From an uncultured Gammaproteobacteria bacterium (GTDB lineage Bacteria > Patescibacteriota > Patescibacteriia > Magasanikbacterales > GWA2-37-8), in assembly GCA_964634875.1 (NCBI GenBank), contig CAZWKA010000003.1, forward strand, positions 16,591-80,590: a stretch of 64,000 nucleotides of DNA, given 5' to 3'. How positions within the stretch are numbered: the first letter of the stretch is position 1; the number at the start of each line of letters is the position of its first letter. The notes below the pieces were generated by a model, which did not search any database, was not told the origin of the DNA, and saw only the letters and a program-made list of their open reading frames with translations. A program made the position numbers and the translations under genes. Below, in pieces: positions 60,631-64,000 of the stretch.

Positions 60631-62091
60631 ATGACGCACGGCGACGTAATTATCCGTTTTGATAAGGTAACCTTTGGCTATAGCCATAACCGGCCGCTTC
60701 TTGAGGAGGCTAGTTTTTCGGTACGTGAAAATGCCAAAATTACAATCATGGGCCAAAACGGCGCTGGCAAAAGCACGATTTTTAAGATGATCACCCGGGA
60801 TTTGAAACCAGAAGAGGGTGCGGTACATACCGGAATTGACGCGAGTATTGCGATCGCTACTCAGGTCATGAAGGCTGAAAACCTAGATAAAACCATTGAG
60901 GAATTTTTTGCCCAAGTTTTTGATAAAAAAATGTATGACTTGCCAAAGCGGATTAAGTCTGTTTTGGATGTCGTCCACCTGAGCGCGCCCCTTGATAAAA
61001 AAATCCGCCAGTTTAGCGGCGGCCAGCAGGCTCGCCTTCTTTTGGCCTACGCCCTTATCCAGCAGCCAGATATTTTGCTCCTGGACGAACCAACCAATAA
61101 TTTGGATGCAGACGGTATTGCGCATCTGACGCAATTTTTGATCGAATATCCTAAGACTTGTTTGGTTATTTCACACGATGCTAATTTTTTGAATTCGTTC
61201 ACCCACGGTGTTTTATACCTTGATTCCTATACGCATAAAGTTGAACAGTATGTGGGTGACTATTATGAAGTGTTAGGTGAAATCGAAGCGCAGATTGAGC
61301 GTGAACGGATGAAAAACGCACAGCTTAAAAAGAGTATTCAGGATCGTAAAGATAAAATTAACTTCTTCTCCCACAAAGGCGGTAAGATGCGCGCCTTGGC
61401 AAGTAAATTGAAAGACCAGGTAGAAGAAGCTGAAGAAGAAATGGTTGATGAGCGCCAGGAAGATAAGACGATCAACGAATTTACTATTCCGGCGCAGACC
61501 GATATTGTCGGGCCGGTCGTGACGATCGATTCGGTGGGTATTATGGTTGGCCATGAGCCCGTTCGCAAGACGCTTGCCACACCACTTGAGGTGCGTAAAA
61601 AACAACGGTTAATCATTAAAGGGCCGAACGGTATTGGTAAGAGTACCTTTTTAGCAGCTCTCGCAAGCGGTGAAGAAGCGGGCGCAACTATCGCACCGGG
61701 TGCGCGCGTGGGATATTACCGGCAGGATTTTTCAGGGCTTGATTTTGATAAGACTGCGTACCGGGCGCTTGAAGAAATGATGGACCGCCCGTGGAACCAA
61801 GAAATTTACGCGACGGCTGCCCAGTTTTTATTGTCAGCGGATACGCTCAAAAATAAAGTGGGGTCACTGAGTGAAGGACAGAAAGGTTTGCTCTGTTATG
61901 CCCGATTTGTTTTACAAAAACCAGGTCTCCTTATTATGGACGAGCCAACTAACCATATTAATTTCCGTCATTTACCAATTATTGCGAAAGCCTTGGATCG
62001 ATTTGAAGGGGCGGTAATTGTGGTTAGTCATGCGCCGGAGTTTGTGGATGAGATGAAGTTTGACCAGACGCTTGATTTGGGGGCTTTGTAA
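60631..62091 (+). CDS. ABC-F family ATPase
   Basis: Two NBDs (GQNGAGKS, GPNGIGKS), DEPTNNLD and DEPTNH, no TMs. Confidence 0.92.
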   Translation: MTHGDVIIRFDKVTFGYSHNRPLLEEASFSVRENAKITIMGQNGAGKSTIFKMITRDLKPEEGAVHTGIDASIAIATQVMKAENLDKTIEEFFAQVFDKKMYDLPKRIKSVLDVVHLSAPLDKKIRQFSGGQQARLLLAYALIQQPDILLLDEPTNNLDADGIAHLTQFLIEYPKTCLVISHDANFLNSFTHGVLYLDSYTHKVEQYVGDYYEVLGEIEAQIERERMKNAQLKKSIQDRKDKINFFSHKGGKMRALASKLKDQVEEAEEEMVDERQEDKTINEFTIPAQTDIVGPVVTIDSVGIMVGHEPVRKTLATPLEVRKKQRLIIKGPNGIGKSTFLAALASGEEAGATIAPGARVGYYRQDFSGLDFDKTAYRALEEMMDRPWNQEIYATAAQFLLSADTLKNKVGSLSEGQKGLLCYARFVLQKPGLLIMDEPTNHINFRHLPIIAKALDRFEGAVIVVSHAPEFVDEMKFDQTLDLGAL

Positions 62092-62112
62092 AAAATATTT
62101 AGAAAAACAGGC

Positions 62113-62370
62113 TTAGGCCTGTTTTTTATTTTTGATCAGTTTTATTTTTTCTTGCCGCGATAATTTTTTGATGGCAATTTCGCGCTTGAGGGCGGGGGAG
62201 AGGGTGCGGAAGTTTTCTTGGTGGACGAGTTTGACGGGGCGCCGAGCGCGAGTGTATTTGGCGCCGGTTTTTCCTTCGTTATGGTTTTTAATTCGTTTTT
62301 CGACATCGTTCGTATAGCCGGTGTAGAGGGTTTTGTCGGAGCATTCCAAAATGTAAACTGTGTATTTCAT
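62113..62370 (-). CDS. GIY-YIG nuclease family protein (UPF0213)
   Basis: VYILEC...LYTGYTND...HN.G.GAKYTR.RRP, ALKRE..IK. Confidence 0.9.
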   Translation of the reverse strand: MKYTVYILECSDKTLYTGYTNDVEKRIKNHNEGKTGAKYTRARRPVKLVHQENFRTLSPALKREIAIKKLSRQEKIKLIKNKKQA

Positions 62371-62413
62371 ATTTGTTTATTTTAACATTTAAGACGTCGA
62401 AGTGTATAGCCTG

Positions 62414-62610
62414 CTCGTTACCTTTTTGGCAGCAAAAAGGTAACCGAAAAACTGCCCGAGCTGCTATCCGCTTCAGCACCACTTCGGATTCGTCGTCGCT
62501 CACCGGCCAATGTTCCTGCGCCGGAACTGTGGCCAGTGTGCCTCTGGGCACCGCTTCTCCTCATCTCGAAGCGGAGCTTCATCGGCTCGGGGCTCGGGGG
62601 AGTGGCGAAG
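62414..62610. repeat. Multi-hairpin palindromic intergenic element (REP/MITE-like or ncRNA)
   Basis: GTTACCTTTTTG-GCAG-CAAAAAGGTAAC plus nested stems CCCGAGC/GCTCGGG, GGCCA/TGGCC, GTGCC/GGCAC, CCGCTTC/GAAGCGG. Confidence 0.55.
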
Positions 62611-62740
62611 TGAGCGTTGGTCGTGTGAGTGATTGTTTTTTAAAAACTAAAAAACAGCCTTTTTGAAAGCTGTTTTAGTAGGTGCCCCAGAGGTACGTGG
62701 GGCGGCGCTGCACGAAGGTGTGCGAGTGGGGTTCGGTTGG

Positions 62741-63682
62741 TCAGTAGTCCCGCAGGTCGCGGGTTTCGCGTCGCCAGATGCGGCGCTGGTCGCTCCGGTG
62801 CTGCCCGCTCGTGAGGCAGCCATGAAGCAGGTTGCGTCTGCTCCAGACGAAGCTCCGGAACTCTTGCTTCGTCATCTTCATGGACCGACGGAGCTTGATG
62901 ATGTTTCGGTGCCGGACTTCGTGGCCGCGGTTGTAGGACAGGTTGATGTGCTTCTGCTCTTCATCCTTCGAAGACGAATCAGAAGCGATCTTCTTGTCCC
63001 ACTTCGCTTCGAGGAGCTCGAGAGGGGTCAGCTCATCGAGCGGGTGCTTGAGGTACCGCTTCTCGAGCCACCGGACTTCGCGAGTCGATCCCTCTGCCTC
63101 CTTGCGGTGGCTGAGGTAGGCTCGCTGTTCCGCCTTGGTGAGGAGCTCGTGCTCCTTGTCCGTGATGCGCCCGGCGCACTTCAGCTGGTCGGCCTTGACC
63201 ATGGTGAGTCCGCCGATCGTTGGCCAGTCACCCCCTTGGATCTTGGCGAGTAGATCCTGGACTTCGGCGAAGGCTTCGTCGAGCACCTCGGCCCAGCGTG
63301 CCGCTTCCTCGGCCTGACGCTTGCGACTCGCTTCCTCGGCCGCTCGCTTGCGGTCTGCCTGTGCCGCCGTGATCGCGGGGTAGGCGGCTGTGGCTTGTTC
63401 GAGCCAGGTTGTAGTGGGCTGGTAGCTGTCGAGCACGCGGTTGATGAACTCCATGATCTCGTGGTCCACGTACTCGAGCTGCTTGAGCTCCTCGATCTTC
63501 CACTTCAGCTGCTGTGCTTCACGCCCGAGCCGGCGGCGCTCCAGTTCCCCGGAGCGCTCCAGTTCCATGCGCTGTTCAGCGGCCAGGCGCGCCTGTTCAG
63601 CATGCTTCGACCGCATGGTGTAGCTGCGGCCGCGGCTGAAGTAGGGTTGAGGTTCCATGACGATCTCGATCTTGCGTCCCAT
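62741..63682 (-). CDS. GC-rich SD-led orphan H, helical/coiled-coil with basic C-terminus
   Basis: AAGGAG-6nt-ATG at 63682; Lys and Glu mostly AAG/GAG; sampled line 63301-63360 is 42/60 GC. Confidence 0.75.
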   Translation of the reverse strand: MGRKIEIVMEPQPYFSRGRSYTMRSKHAEQARLAAEQRMELERSGELERRRLGREAQQLKWKIEELKQLEYVDHEIMEFINRVLDSYQPTTTWLEQATAAYPAITAAQADRKRAAEEASRKRQAEEAARWAEVLDEAFAEVQDLLAKIQGGDWPTIGGLTMVKADQLKCAGRITDKEHELLTKAEQRAYLSHRKEAEGSTREVRWLEKRYLKHPLDELTPLELLEAKWDKKIASDSSSKDEEQKHINLSYNRGHEVRHRNIIKLRRSMKMTKQEFRSFVWSRRNLLHGCLTSGQHRSDQRRIWRRETRDLRDY

Positions 63683-63910
63683 GTGTCTCTCCTTGTGTGT
63701 ACGGTTGCCCGCACTCACGAGGATTGACTGGTGGGAATGGGTCAGGTCGTTCGTGCGGTTGTTCAAACAAAAAAGACTAACGTTGGAAACTCATTGGTCG
63801 CCTCCTTGTAAAAGTGCTCGTCGTACCGGACTATCCCGGTTGTTTCGACGGTTTTTGCTCTGTGGTTAGCCAAAGGGAAAAAACCGCTAAAACAAGGCAC
63901 GGAACAAGCC

Positions 63911-63939
63911 AGTATAGCACAAAAAACGGGTTTTGTCAA
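63911..63939 (-). promoter_or_regulatory. Near-consensus sigma70 promoter for orphan H
   Basis: TTGACA-17-TATACT with extended TG. Confidence 0.8.
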
Positions 63940-64000
63940 CCCCCTTTAGGAAGCTCCTGTTACAGTTTTATTGAAGAAATTCGTTGATTTTTTGTTCGAT

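Overview
Gene-dense bacterial chromosome segment (code 11; background roughly 40-48% GC by eye) whose gene content points to a Patescibacteria/CPR organism, probably Parcubacteria/ABY1-like (inference). It carries tpiA, secA, secD (with inserted parvulin PPIase domains), secF, folD, dnaX, cysS, ligA, rpmG, a csp gene, a zur-znuACB zinc locus, umuDC, type IV pilus genes (pilM, pilin, pilD), a VirD4/HerA-like ATPase, a sortase with an LPxTG substrate, five tRNAs and a low-GC DUF5343+HEPN pair. No CRISPR array, rRNA, integrase, transposase or reverse transcriptase was seen. The main signal is a second, dispersed gene class: eight stand-alone orphan or foreign-looking genes (about 5.7, 11.6, 18.0, 21.9, 31.9, 33.0, 45.8 and 62.7 kb). 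They are much more GC-rich (sampled lines reach 42/60 GC versus 27/60 in a resident gene) and all carry a Shine-Dalgarno site, whereas resident genes almost never do. Most sit behind a resident-style TTGACA sigma70 promoter, and they end in structured, C-rich (CCCCAC-like) 3' UTRs. One is placed under the local Zur-like operator. My hypothesis is that these transcripts are made by the CPR cell but formatted for a GC-rich, SD-using ribosome, perhaps that of a host. A CarF/TMEM189 desaturase and several protein features hint at a myxobacterium-like host. This is inference and needs testing.
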